The translations under genes were made by a program, and so were the position numbers. From Styela clava (taxonomy: Eukaryota), in the NCBI RefSeq assembly GCF_964204865.1, contig NC_135252.1, forward strand, positions 11,718,001-11,782,000: a stretch of DNA of 64,000 nt, in the 5' to 3' direction. How positions within the stretch are numbered: position 1 is the stretch's first letter; each line of letters begins with the position of its first letter. Below are positions 39,213-51,217 of this stretch, one piece after another. The notes under the pieces were generated by a model. It saw only the letters and a list, made by a program, of their open reading frames with translations, had not been told where the DNA came from and did not search any database.

Positions 39213-41722
39213 CTAAACATGAGGCAGTTTCCTCGTTCTACATCCAAATCCAGTGCTGAATGAGATGCGATCAAGAGGCACATTAAATGGACACGTCGTG
39301 ATGCGACATTTTCCTTTCCTCTGACATGAAAGTCGAGCCATCTTTCGACCACTGTAAATAGAATATCGGCATTTAGAAACTCAAATTTTTTTTTTCTGGT
39401 ACCTACAAAAAGCAATGTAAACAAAAGCATCCATTTGTTTCCTCGACTATTTTCAATTTTTGTTACTCGTGTCGATACGAGAAAAACAAGCGGTTATATG
39501 GTATATCGGTGCATAGCAAAAACAGCTTATGTGTGATGATAGATTATAAAAGTCATGTTATAAACAGACTTTGTTCAATCTCTAATGAACTGGACCTCTA
39601 ATCACCCAGCAAAACCCTTCAGGGCAATTAAAAATTGTCTCGACATATTTGGAGTAAAAATGACAAGCGTCCAACATTACAGCACGCGATGACCTGGTTG
39701 ACAGCAAACGTGTTTTTCGATGATCGTCGATTAGATCTATCAAGTGTATTTTCTTGTCTTGTTTATCGCATAAACGATTTGTGGCATTATGTCTCTTTAG
39801 ACAAAATTCAAAAATTGAAATTTTATGGATGAAATGTGCAGATTGCGTGCGATTGCCCACACGCTTACCACTTATGTCACAAAGATCAATTGCGGGATAA
39901 TTAGTCACAAAAATAGGTCCATGAAATCGCGTAATGATGATTATTAAAATTGGTTGCATTTTTCAAAAAACGGATCATAAACTAGGCGATTAATGCGCTT
40001 GTCGTATATAGACTTTTCCAAGTGGCTCGGAAAACTTTTCACTTTCTATATAAACAGACAAATTTGAAAGCAATGGAAGATAATTGGAATCGCAGATGTA
40101 ATAAAAAAAATGATCAAGAAACAATAAGTAATGCTCCATCAGAATGCATGTCCAGCGAATCAGTTACACGAGAGATTTTCAATTTGAATATATGGAAACT
40201 AGACTATTAGTTTTAAAAATAATTCTAAATGTATGAAATAAGCGAGTAATACGAGCGAAGGAAAGCACAAAAGTATTAGTACAACGATATATTAAAGTAA
40301 CACAAAACTGAATTTAAATTCAATAGAACCTCCATCTTACTTTCTCAATCCTCTCTTTACGTGATGTTTGCTCTTAAGTCTTCGACTTTCTTCTGAAGTT
40401 ATGGACTTATCTTCGAAAATACTTCTGAAAAACTCTGGAAAAAAAAATACATTGAAGAAAATGTCGATGATAAGCAAACCGTAAACTGGAACATTATTTT
40501 TATATATGTTTTTTCGTTTAAATTATAAATTTAATTTTATAGGTAATCAGACCATTCAGATGATCATACCATTCTTGGTAAATTATATTACGAACGAAAG
40601 AACGAACTTATGGTTACTGTTGAACATCATCAATTTAAAGCAAATTAAGTTCGTGAATAATATAGGACTCTTATTGTCTTGAAAAATCCATTTAGTAGTT
40701 GTCCATTCAGTTCATTCCATTTAGTCCATTTAGTATAGTTGTATCAACAAATATGCAGTTGCAGCTTATAGAGGAGAAAACGCTGCAATGATTGGATTCG
40801 AGTGAAATCGTCGGGATTTCCTCGTTTAGAATGAAATTATAACTGGATTAAATTCTAAATATATATAAATATTTACCTTTGTGAGGTACAAGAGCTTCGA
40901 GCATTTTTAAATCTGATAAAAATCCTTGAAATATTATGATGTATTCATCTGGATCCCCAGAATGTTCATTAATTTCAAATTTTCGTAAATTTTCAAATTC
41001 TTCTGGCAAAGTTGAAGCAAGATGGCGACTGCTTGTTGGTAACGAACTCACGAGTGTTGAAATCTGACAAAAATTTAGAATAATTCTCAACAATTCATTC
41101 TTAATGGCTAAAGTATTAAATCGATTTGGAAACTTAGTTGTAAACAGTGCGATTGGCATTAGTAAAAAAGCGAAATTTTTCTCTGTGTTTTCAACGACCC
41201 GTCATCTTTCTGTATTTTCGATGGAAAGGGAGAATGGCATATGAATTTGATTAATGACTTTTCTATAAAACATGGTTTCCACTATTTATAGAAAAATATG
41301 GTATATAATAATAACCGAATTTTAACTCATTAAGCACTAACGAGCTTTCGCGGTGTATCAGCATTCTCTCATATCACCAAATGTAAAGACAGTCATTTTA
41401 CTCATGTCCAGCAAAATCTACTTGGTACACCAAACTACAATGTACTTAGTTTCAAAAATATACATCGAGCCGTGTGTATAGTTATCTACTGAAGAGTATT
41501 GTACGTCAAAACTCTTCACGTTTGCTGTTATTCTCGTCCCGTCTTTCAGAAATATATTTAATTGTGGATATAAAATATCTCCTCTTTCTTATATTTATCA
41601 ATATATATACATGTATTATCCAGTATTCCTCTCACCTGAAGTATTAGAACGAAGTATATTGATGAAATCATACAAGAGTATGATATAGTTGCTCGAAAAC
41701 ATATAACGCTTGATATCTTCAT
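39213..41722 (-). CDS. Secreted peptide precursor 2, natriuretic-peptide-like (168 aa, 4 exons)
   Basis: Exons 41722-41636 (MKISSVICFRATISYSCMISSIYFVLILQ; donor GTGAGA), 41063-40877 (ISTLVSSLPTSSRH...VPHK; donor GTAAAT), 40434-40341 (EFFRS...KHHVKRGLR; phase-2 donor GTAAGA) and 39351-39213 (NGRKMARLSCQRKGKCRITTCPFNVPLDRISFSTGFGCRTRKLPHV*). All phases are compatible. Minus-strand AATAAA at ~39120-39125. Confidence 0.87.
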
Positions 41723-42217
41723 TTTGAAAACGTTGTTAACTAAATATGCGTTTTACTTAAAAACTGAATAATAAGATAAAATAGGTATATATCATAAATA
41801 GTGTAAAAACATAATTGGTGTATGTAACAGAAATTGCACACATGGCGTCTCTGAGAATATATAGCTCTTTCCATCAGTAGTTCTTGCAGATACAATTTTC
41901 TCGTCAATGATCATCCGAAATTACTCTCCATCACCAAGGATTACGGAGTTTTGGCGCCTCAAATCTCATTCACAACGTCGCGCGCTTCAGATGTTAATCC
42001 CGACCACGAAACCATTTAAGCATGCACAATTCTGTAATAACTTGGCATTTATCATTCTGCTGAAGCTGAGCATAGATATATACTATCTTCGACGGTTTAA
42101 ATTTGAAGTTGTTTTAGTCATATTTATACATTTAAACAATATCAGTATTTCAAGATTCCAATATCTTCCATTCATATATTTTCGTTCCGAGCTGATCACC
42201 AATTGAAGGAACGAAGC

Positions 42218-42292
42218 TTTTATAGAGAAGAAACTCAATATCAATTGCTTTTATATTCCGATTTGTACCCGTAAGAAAAAAATTTACGTGAT
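42218..42292 (-). promoter_or_regulatory. Candidate TATA boxes for precursor 2
   Basis: Two minus-strand TATAAAA (42218-42224, 42249-42255) with an ATF/CRE-like TTACGTGA just upstream, ~500 bp from the ATG. The AT-rich background makes this weak. Confidence 0.3.
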
Positions 42293-43937
42293 GAATCAAA
42301 GTCATTAGGGAAGACTTATTTTCTCTCTATGGCATTTCGATACCATTTCGATGTCGCATGCGTCAGAGGGTTAAGGTTGAAATTGTCGTAATCTTTATTT
42401 TATAAATAACGTTTGCATGCTTTTACCAAGAACATAGTTTATCAAAGATGTGATTTGAAAGGAACTGAAAATCGAAATTTTAGATAGATGTGTTGCTCAA
42501 AAAATTTTACCGCTCTATACTAACTTCAAAATTAAAACTTAGAAAGAACTTTCGAACAATTGTATTTGTTTGAGAATAGAAGAGATCGCTAGTGTTATTA
42601 CATTGTAAAATTAAACATAGAAGATTTGTTGTGTTCAACAATTATTATATTATAATTAATATATTTACATCAATTCATATAAAATCAAACTCACTATGTG
42701 ACTAAATTTATAAGACTGATAATTAATATTTAGTACCGCTGGAAAATGAAAAATATATTCGGAAGAATTATAAATTGCAGACGTACTTTTTCAGGCCAGT
42801 GAGCTTCAGTTATATATATCCCCTATTTTTAGTCTGAAGAATCCATCAAGACGTGAAACTAGGACGATAGAAGGATTATATTCATTGGATAAACAGGAAT
42901 TGGAAAATCAATGCTGTTTTGATTTAATTATTTAGTATGATTGAGTCACAGACAAATTTAAAAAAAAAAGTATTATAGATGATAAATATTATTAAACATT
43001 CTCTATGAGCCCCAGTCAAAGTACTGACACAAATAATAATTATACATATTGCTAGAAAGATTAAATTCGTTTAATGATTAACGGATTCCCTTGCTATTCG
43101 CTATATCAAATATGAATATTCCAATGATATTGTGGAAGCATGTACACTTCATTAATATGCGTATATTTGTGATGTTCTGCGATTACATTACTCAATCCCT
43201 TCCGCAGAGCATATACGGTGTATTATATTTTATATAATGAATCGAGGAATCGCAAATGTAGGCCATTCATTTTAAGCTGAGAGTATGTGTATCATAGTAC
43301 ACTAGATGTACTGGAAAGTATTATATACATGCTTTCCAAGCGCGGCGTTTTACTAAGATTTTCTGTGTCGGTATGTTGCAAGTAGTGGAAAATAAATTTC
43401 AACTCGGTAGTATGAGTACGGATATACCTAACAACAATTAATTAGACCTCGATGGACGGGCTCGGAATAATTGGACACAAAATTGACCTATGGACCTTGT
43501 TATTTTTCTTCTTGTTGTCGTGAAAAAATCTCTTTTTCCAGTAACTTAACTCAGTGATTAAAAATTGTTGTTGTTTTTAGCGGGATGTTACTTTTATTTA
43601 TTTCCAAATGTGTTCTTTAAGGGATTCGTTTTTCTGTTTGACGTTTTGTGTGGTGACGTCAACGAAATTAAAAGTTTATTGTAGCGGTTCCGCGACCGCA
43701 TGGCAGCGGATCTCGTGCTTAGCGAAAGTCGGAAGTTTTTCGGAAGCACGGTCGACTACGTTACAACTTACAAAAACTGTTGAATATTCGATAATACAGT
43801 TGTGACTTGGATCATTTGGTATTTTAATACACGTTGAGACTGGAAGCATGAATCATCATCGTCACAGGACACGGGAAACCTAGGGCAGTACGGTACGGTA
43901 ACGTTAACGATACCCTGATACAGGTACTGGTACGTTA

Positions 43938-45547
43938 TAGGCTTGCACGTAATTTACAAATTTACGGAATTACGGAATTATTTCGAATTACGCAAGCGAA
44001 ATCACGAATTACGTAAAGTCGTAATTATTGGTCGAGCGCTTTCGCGATTGAAACGAGCTCTCTTCAGAGTAGTCAATTCCGTCGATTGTAAAAAATTAAA
44101 GTTTATGTAAAAGAAGTTAGAGTTCCGGTATTCGCAGCCGTTTTTCTCTCTCTTGTTAGGCAGATGGGGAGGGCATAACGCGTCATTTACTAACCTATTA
44201 TCAACTTATCTAAGATGGCCAATGTACATATTAACCGTAAATAAGGAATAGAATTGTGTCGAGACCGATGGACGCCAACACACCTGGTTTCAACTTCTTC
44301 GGGTGAAATGAGTGAAGAATGTAAGAGATCAACTTATAAAACATGGTCTATTTGTAAATGTCGTTATAATTAATGTCGCGCTTATCAAACAGCAAGAGAC
44401 GGAAGAGAAATTGCGTAATGAACCAACGCAACTTAGTGCTTTCGGCATCGGTAAAGCGATTGAGACGGCAGAGAAACAACATTACGACGGGATTTCCCGT
44501 GTTTATTCTGCGCGAAATCCATTTTCTATTACAAAATCTTGATGTTCTGTTACCGGTTTTATCGTTATATATCTGTCCGGACTTGGCATTGCTCAATATG
44601 TTTTTCATAATGCCTCGCAAATCGCAATATGTCGGCCAAATATGATTACCAAATGCGGCAACTTATTTTGATTTATCGTCGACCTGAATACCACCGGCAC
44701 TCGACCAAACTTGTGTCAATCTTGGCAAATAGGATTGTCGACTTGAGTTAGAAAAATAAATTAATATTTTCATGAGTGCAAAATAAATGTCACAAAATGC
44801 ATTGTTTTGCGATATAACTTTGTATTTTCGGAGAAGGCATGTCATATAAGTACGGTATTTTAAATAATGCGCAAATAAATAATATTTGATCTAAATTTAT
44901 CGTAAATAATGTTATAACATTTAGGCCGCGAAATGATTTAATGTAAAATGAAGCATGGAATTCGGAATATCGTCAATAAGTCGGCATCAATAATTATTAT
45001 AAAATGGTAACTAAGTAGTAAAGTCGGATATTGTAAAAAACGGTGAAATAACTTCGTAAAAGTCTTCGTCGCGAGGCAAGCGAAAGTATAATCAAACGAG
45101 AGAATACGCTTGTAGTTGATTAATATATTAGCAACCCGGAATTTTTATTCAATGCGAAAGTCGTATTAATACGTCAATACGATTTTAAAAAAGTGAACTA
45201 TCGTTTCTTAAATATATTACCAGTGTTGGTAATGATAAAATTGATCGCATAAAATTTGGTGATAAAGTTGATAAAGGAAAATCAAAGCTAATACAAAAGA
45301 TAAAAATCAGAATAAAATTATTTTGAATTCACTCCTTGATATTTGTCTTTAACATCTGTCTCCGGCGTGTGGTACTGCCGGGAATATGAAAACCAAACTT
45401 CGATGTCCCATTCGGAATAGAAGTGGATTAAATTGGTTGGTATGCTAGGTTTAAATGTGTGAAAAAAATATCGCAATTACGGGGTCATTACGTAATCGAT
45501 TTGGCCGTAATTACGGAATTGATTTTTGTCAATTACGTGCAAGCCTA
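43938..45547. mobile_element. Non-autonomous hAT element (1.6 kb)
   Basis: TIR TAGGCTTGCACGTAATT / AATTACGTGCAAGCCTA, a perfect 8-bp TSD GTACGTTA (43930-43937, 45548-45555), and subterminal AATTACG repeats. Confidence 0.92.
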
Positions 45548-46418
45548 GTACGTTACCGTACAGGTTCCACAGTTTCAGCTTCGTTCAGGATATCTTTTTG
45601 GGGGATCTGTTGATAAAAAAGGGTTTTAGCCTTATATTTGTGTCCATATTATATTTCACCATTACACTCTTGTTTTTATCTTTGTAGACATAATCTACAA
45701 CTCTTGTTGCAACTCTTAACTCCAACTTACGACGACACCTCTGCTCATGGCTTCTCTTCAAGGACCATTGGGTATTTCGCAAATTAATGAATAAATACAA
45801 TATTATATGTGATCATCGTGTTTATTTTGTGCCAAATGCATTTGAGACAAGCTGTATAATTTGAACATGGACGCTACCGGTAGCCTACATATAAGCGTTT
45901 TTTTTTTGTGTATAACGAACAGTTTATATAAATATACATTATCTACAAACATCATCACACTAGAATGAAAATTCATTGGTTTAACCTGTTTTATATATTA
46001 GATAAATACATCTTGATACCTACTTATAAAGTAGAGAACGGCATGATAGCATTCGTTATCCTGTATATAATAGCAAATTTATTTTTAGTAGGAGAGTTGC
46101 TGAGAAATGCAATCCTTCTGGATTTTGGATACCTTTGATGGATTAGAATATTCGCATTCATTTTCTTGTCTCCACTGCTATTCGTGCTTAGCATTCATAC
46201 ATGTCAAATGAAAATAACAGTAAGTACGGTATATTGTGCTTATATCCAGGAGCTAATATGCAAGTGCTTCAGGCTTGATCTAGAACTCAGCGTGTCTTGT
46301 TGTGAAACGCCGACGAAATATATAGAATATGCACTGAAATGAAATGGGACTATATATGTCGTCGAATAGGCATACTTCAACTGAAAACATGGTATAGTTT
46401 TTTTAAGTCTATTGATGG

Positions 46419-47791
46419 CAGGGTTACCAAATGTTCAGCGATAAAATAATCTGGAATCTCATTAAAAAATAATCTATATTTAAAAAAAATAATAATTCAA
46501 ATATATCAAAGTTACATTTTCAATAAAAATTCGAAAATTATAATATGAAGAAAAATAATTACTTATATCAATACGTCTTTTGGAACATAACTAGGATAAC
46601 TTAAGTATTTATCAAATATCATAGGGAAAATAGAAAGTTTGTTGCCTCCTGGCATGTGTGTATGTATTTTTCAATTAAATTATTTTCCAACTTATAGCTG
46701 CTGTTTATAAGTGGAGGCTTGAACGTTAGTAAAAAGTACCAAATTATTATGGATGTAATTTTCTCTCTCTGCAATCTACGAATATCGAATACACTAATAT
46801 CGAATAATGCAAAGATACGATATTCATTAAAGATCCTGTAAGTAAATAGAACATTGAATACGCGAAACATTTTTTATTTTATATAATTCTATAAAATTAA
46901 ATAAATTCTCGCGGCCTTCTGACTTCTCACGGAAAGGGAAGTGTGGCAGACGTCAGATATTAAAATATTATTTACGATTAATTCAGAACAAATTGAATTT
47001 GTTTTTAGTATTTCAATCAAGACTTTATGAGATCAGCGAACCGGGCACGCCGTTTCCGAAAATACATAATTATAAAACTCCCGATAAAATACATATTTTT
47101 CGGAATTTAAATCTCCGATGAAGCCATTCCTATCGTCCAAGCTCGACGCAAGTTTGGTCGAGTGTCGGGCGGTATTTTAGTCAACAATAAATTAAAATAG
47201 TTGCCAAACGTGGCGAAGGCAGTTCTTCCACCCGGCATTCTACTATTGAAGGACATTATGCAATACTATTATATAATGATAATAACTGAAAACTAAGATT
47301 TTAGTACTAAACGCGATTTGTTTTAACATAGTATTTAGCGATCAACAATTCAAGGCAAAGGGCATTTGTTAAAGTTCTTATAGGCTATTCCATTGTCCTA
47401 TTTGGTAACCAATATAACCCAATCAATTTTACATTTTTAAATTATAATCCATGAATAGGATGGAAGAATTCCCAAATTTGAATAAATTTTAAATATATTC
47501 GGATTCGGTATTCTGGATGCGATTTGAGTATTTTAGAATAGCAAATTATTCAATATTGCCCCCCCCCCCCTCCTTATAGGGCGAAAATTAGTGAACAACA
47601 GTATTTTCTGATTTAAGCTGCACTTCCCTACTTCTGTACTTTGCCACTACTGCAAAATAAGTAAATAACATTTGTCAAAATAATCTAAATGAATACTAAA
47701 GTAATCTAACATCGAAATGGGTATGTCTTACATCTGAATTATACGAAAATAATCTAACCCTAGATTGAAATAATTCAAGTTGGCAACACTG
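46419..47791. mobile_element. Non-autonomous hAT element with internal sequence related to the 43938-45547 element
   Basis: TIR CAGGGTTACCAA / TTGGCAACACTG with TSD ATTGATGG / GTTGATGG (7/8). ~47040-47195 is a diverged reverse complement of ~44670-44845. Confidence 0.75.
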
Positions 47792-48417
47792 GTTGATGGG
47801 CGATAGATTTATTCAATTACTGTTTTCTGTTTTTTTGGCCTTTGTCTCTGTCTGTCCAAGAGGGGGATAAAGCTTGAACGCTTCAACAAACATTGGTTTG
47901 CTTGGGATAAGTCTGACCAAAGCTGCGTCACCAGATTTTAAATTTTTTTTAATCAGCTTTCAGTATCTTATGTCCATCCTTTCTTTCAAATCAGCAAACT
48001 TGAACGCAATTTGAGCTGCATGCCAATAAAGCGCACGGGGTACATAGCCACGACAAATTTGTCCAGCACAGTTCAAGACTGTGACTTGAAATTTGAAATC
48101 CGAAACTTCCTGAGCGGGAATTCATTTTGTTAATGCCATCTACATTCCCTCTACGGATATCCTTTACAAATACATTTTTGACAATAAATCCGACACTATC
48201 ACCACGCACAGACTTGTGATGCATTTCCACAGATTCACCTTCGATACTGATGTTGATCGGGGCGAACGACACGTATCACAGTTCCAATACCTCAATCTTA
48301 AAAACATCTTGAAGAGCCAGACAAAGAGGCTTGTCAGTCGGCCGAAATGGTGCTCAATATTGTCCAAGGCTTCGGAAAGACATTTTGCTTTATCATAACC
48401 ACTTGAGCATTCATATA

Positions 48418-49710
48418 TAGGACTTGCAGGGGTCACGTGACTTTGTTTACTGGACGGTAAAAAAAACAAAAACGTCCATTTGGCTCCTGTCAGTTGCAAG
48501 TCGGATTATACGTTTCCGTTTTGTTTGGCTGTTGAAAATGGGTATTTCGTATTGTTTCGTTGGCTGTACGTATAGTATACTCTAGAGTCTAGACAACGAA
48601 ATTGATCTTCAGTTATATTCCACTGTTTTCAAAAGATCCGGAACGTCGCGCAATGTGGATATCATCTATTGTCGGGACTGCTTGGTGTCAAGTCCAGAAT
48701 TCATCTCGCTTGTGTTTCACTATTTGCGGACAGCACTTCGTTGATGGTGAGTGATAATGTGCCGTTATCAATTTTCTTTAAATATTCATAAGCTCCCTCA
48801 TTTCAATTGAAAGCAGACGACAAACTACTGTTATTGGTAGGCCTAGGCGTAGGCCTACTTGCAGACTTGAACCACTGAGGGTGGTTCACACGACCGCTGA
48901 TCGGTTACGACCATCCCCCACCATCCAAGTCCATGCTTCTGAAAACAAATAACTGGCCAACTAATCCCAACATAGAATGGTAATCGAGAGACGAGAGACT
49001 GTGGTTCGCTATATGATTTAGTTAATGCAATAGTCACTTGATTCGCACAGTACATCAATTTGTCTAATGTTTTGATTCCATAGGCAGGAGGTTGCGGATC
49101 GGTGCTGCTCAGATGGGATATTTTTTCTTATAAATGCACGTGTTCCACATGAATCCATCGTGCTCAGATTCGACTGTTTTCAAGGTCTGAAGGCTCCAAC
49201 TGCTTAATTTTATCGGTACACAAGAGAATTTTCAGTCAGTTGGAGTCCCTAACATCAAAATATCTATATGCAAGGATAAGGGTGCAAGGTGCAACATCGC
49301 CTACCAATAACAGTAGTTTGTCATCTGCTTTCCATTGGAATGAGGGAGCTTATGAATGTTCAAAGAAATCGATAACGGCACATTATCATTCACCATCAAC
49401 GAAGTGCTGTCCGCAAACAATGAAACACAAGCGAGATGACTTCTAGACTTGAAACCAAGCAGTCCTGCCCATAGATGATATCCACATTGCGCGACGGATC
49501 CGGATCTTTTGAAAACAGTGGAATATAACTGAAGATCCATTTCGTTGTCTATAATATACGTACAGCCAACGTAACAATACGAAATAACCATTTTCAACAG
49601 CCAAACAAAACGGAAACCTATAATCCGACTTGCAACTGACAGGAGCCAAATGGACGATTTTGTTTTTTTGCCGTCCAGTAAACAAAGTCACGTGACCCGT
49701 GCGAGTCCTC
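48418..49710. mobile_element. Non-autonomous DNA element with ~420-bp terminal inverted repeats carrying a decayed THAP domain
   Basis: 48418-48840 is the reverse complement of ~49300-49710. It is TA-flanked, and EF1A homology resumes on both sides. The arms translate, with frameshifts, to YCFVGCT...SVIFHCF.KDPERRAMWISS...SRLC. Confidence 0.85.
48878..49022 (+). mobile_element. SINE fragment inside the long-TIR element
   Basis: GGTGGTTCAC..ACCGCTG.TCGGTTACG..CCATGCTTCTGAAAACAAATAACT..GGTTCGCTATATG. Confidence 0.78.
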
Positions 49711-51149
49711 TATTCGGCCCATTTAAACCAAGGTCAGATTGCTCAGGCATTTTGTCTCCAAGCCACCAAGAGTTTGTCACAAAAGTAATGTTTTTGTGGT
49801 TATGAGGGCGACAGATGTGTTTTTCCTTACCGAAACCTCTAAAAATAACGTTAAATTGTTATACTATAAGTGTCATCAAAAATGAAATCTTGTTTTATAA
49901 TTAACGTTCATCTAACTGTGTATTTGTTGTTGAGGCACGCTAAATCGCCGATTGGAAGTTCGGAGCCGGATACTGGCACATTTGGTCAGTGATTGTGTAT
50001 TCGCCTAGTCAATGAGAATATATATAATTGATTTGCGTTCTGTAGCGCCAGGAGCATATCATGACGTGCTGACAAAGTGAGTGAACATCAGTTCTGTCCA
50101 TTGTTGTCATGAAGCTTGATTATGTCTCAATATTTCTTGCCTGTCCGGTTTTTCTTAGTCACAGCACCAATGCAACTAAATTAAGGTTGTCATGTGGTTC
50201 AATTTAAATTCCTAATGCTACGTTTCTTTTATATGTGGTCAGTACAGTTATTGTGTATGAAACCCTAATCAAACATAGTATAGCGTTTATCTTTGAAATT
50301 AGGTTCATGGAAAATACAGTACCGGTACAAAGGTTTTAGGCTAGCTTGGTTTATTACAGTAGGCTACTTTCAGTGAAATTTTATCTGGTCTTTGTGAATA
50401 TTGTGCGCGCTAAACTCGAAATATGTGGAAAAATCAAAACAAACTGTTTATTATGGCTTTTCGTCAACTGTTGGTAGAGCCTTGCTTCTTTATTGAAAAA
50501 CAAAATCATAGTGGATTCGAAGGGCGAATATAGTTATATTTGAAATTATACCTTAAGTTAAGGGAGCTTGATATTTATGACTGAACGCCGTATACATCAT
50601 GTTGTATAGAAAGTACAGTTACGCAATGATTACCGAAAGCATCCAGTGAGAAATTCATGTAAGGTTTTTTCTAGGTGTGGCATGATTAAGATTTGACAGC
50701 GACATATTTGTTTGGTTTTTCAAGTCATTTTGGTATATGATATGCTGTAAATAAAATTTTGTAAATTTGTCTTGAAAAAATATGATATTCGATGAACATC
50801 TATGTTCCGGTCGAACCTAAGATGATATTACAAATAAGGTGATATAATGAATTGTGAGCTTGAAAATAATTTATTAGTCGTGATATGATGAAGTCGGATC
50901 AGGTCACTGTGTTTCACAAACAACGAAACGCTTTTGCGCCACAGAACACCCTTGACTTGGCTCGCAACTCAGGGTTTAGTTCAGAGAGTTCTACCCAACA
51001 ATGCTTACACGTGAGAAATCTGCCTCGATGACGAGTCTAGCTTGATGAGAATGTCCTCATTATTTTTTTTGTAGAGGAGTCAAGATTCCGGATTGATGAT
51101 TTGTTGATATGGCAACTCTCGCACGTGTAATGGGTGGTTGGAGTCTTAT

Positions 51150-51217
51150 AATACAAATTCGGATGTTACCACAATACTCAGACAATACAAATTCGGATGC
51201 TACCACAATAATCAAAC
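51150..51217. repeat. 34-bp tandem duplication
   Basis: AATACAAATTCGGATG(T/C)TACCACAATA.TCA.AC present twice. Confidence 0.8.

Larger units (their letters stand above)
47830..49842 (-). pseudogene. EEF1A: Decayed elongation factor 1-alpha pseudogene, interrupted by an insertion at 48418-49710
   Basis: Minus-strand fragments in the correct order with frameshifts and stops: HNHKNITFVTNSWWLGDKMPEQI*PWFK (cf. [21 protein letters not shown]..PWFK), [82 protein letters not shown] and [29 protein letters not shown] weaker extension to ~50190 is possible. Confidence 0.9.
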
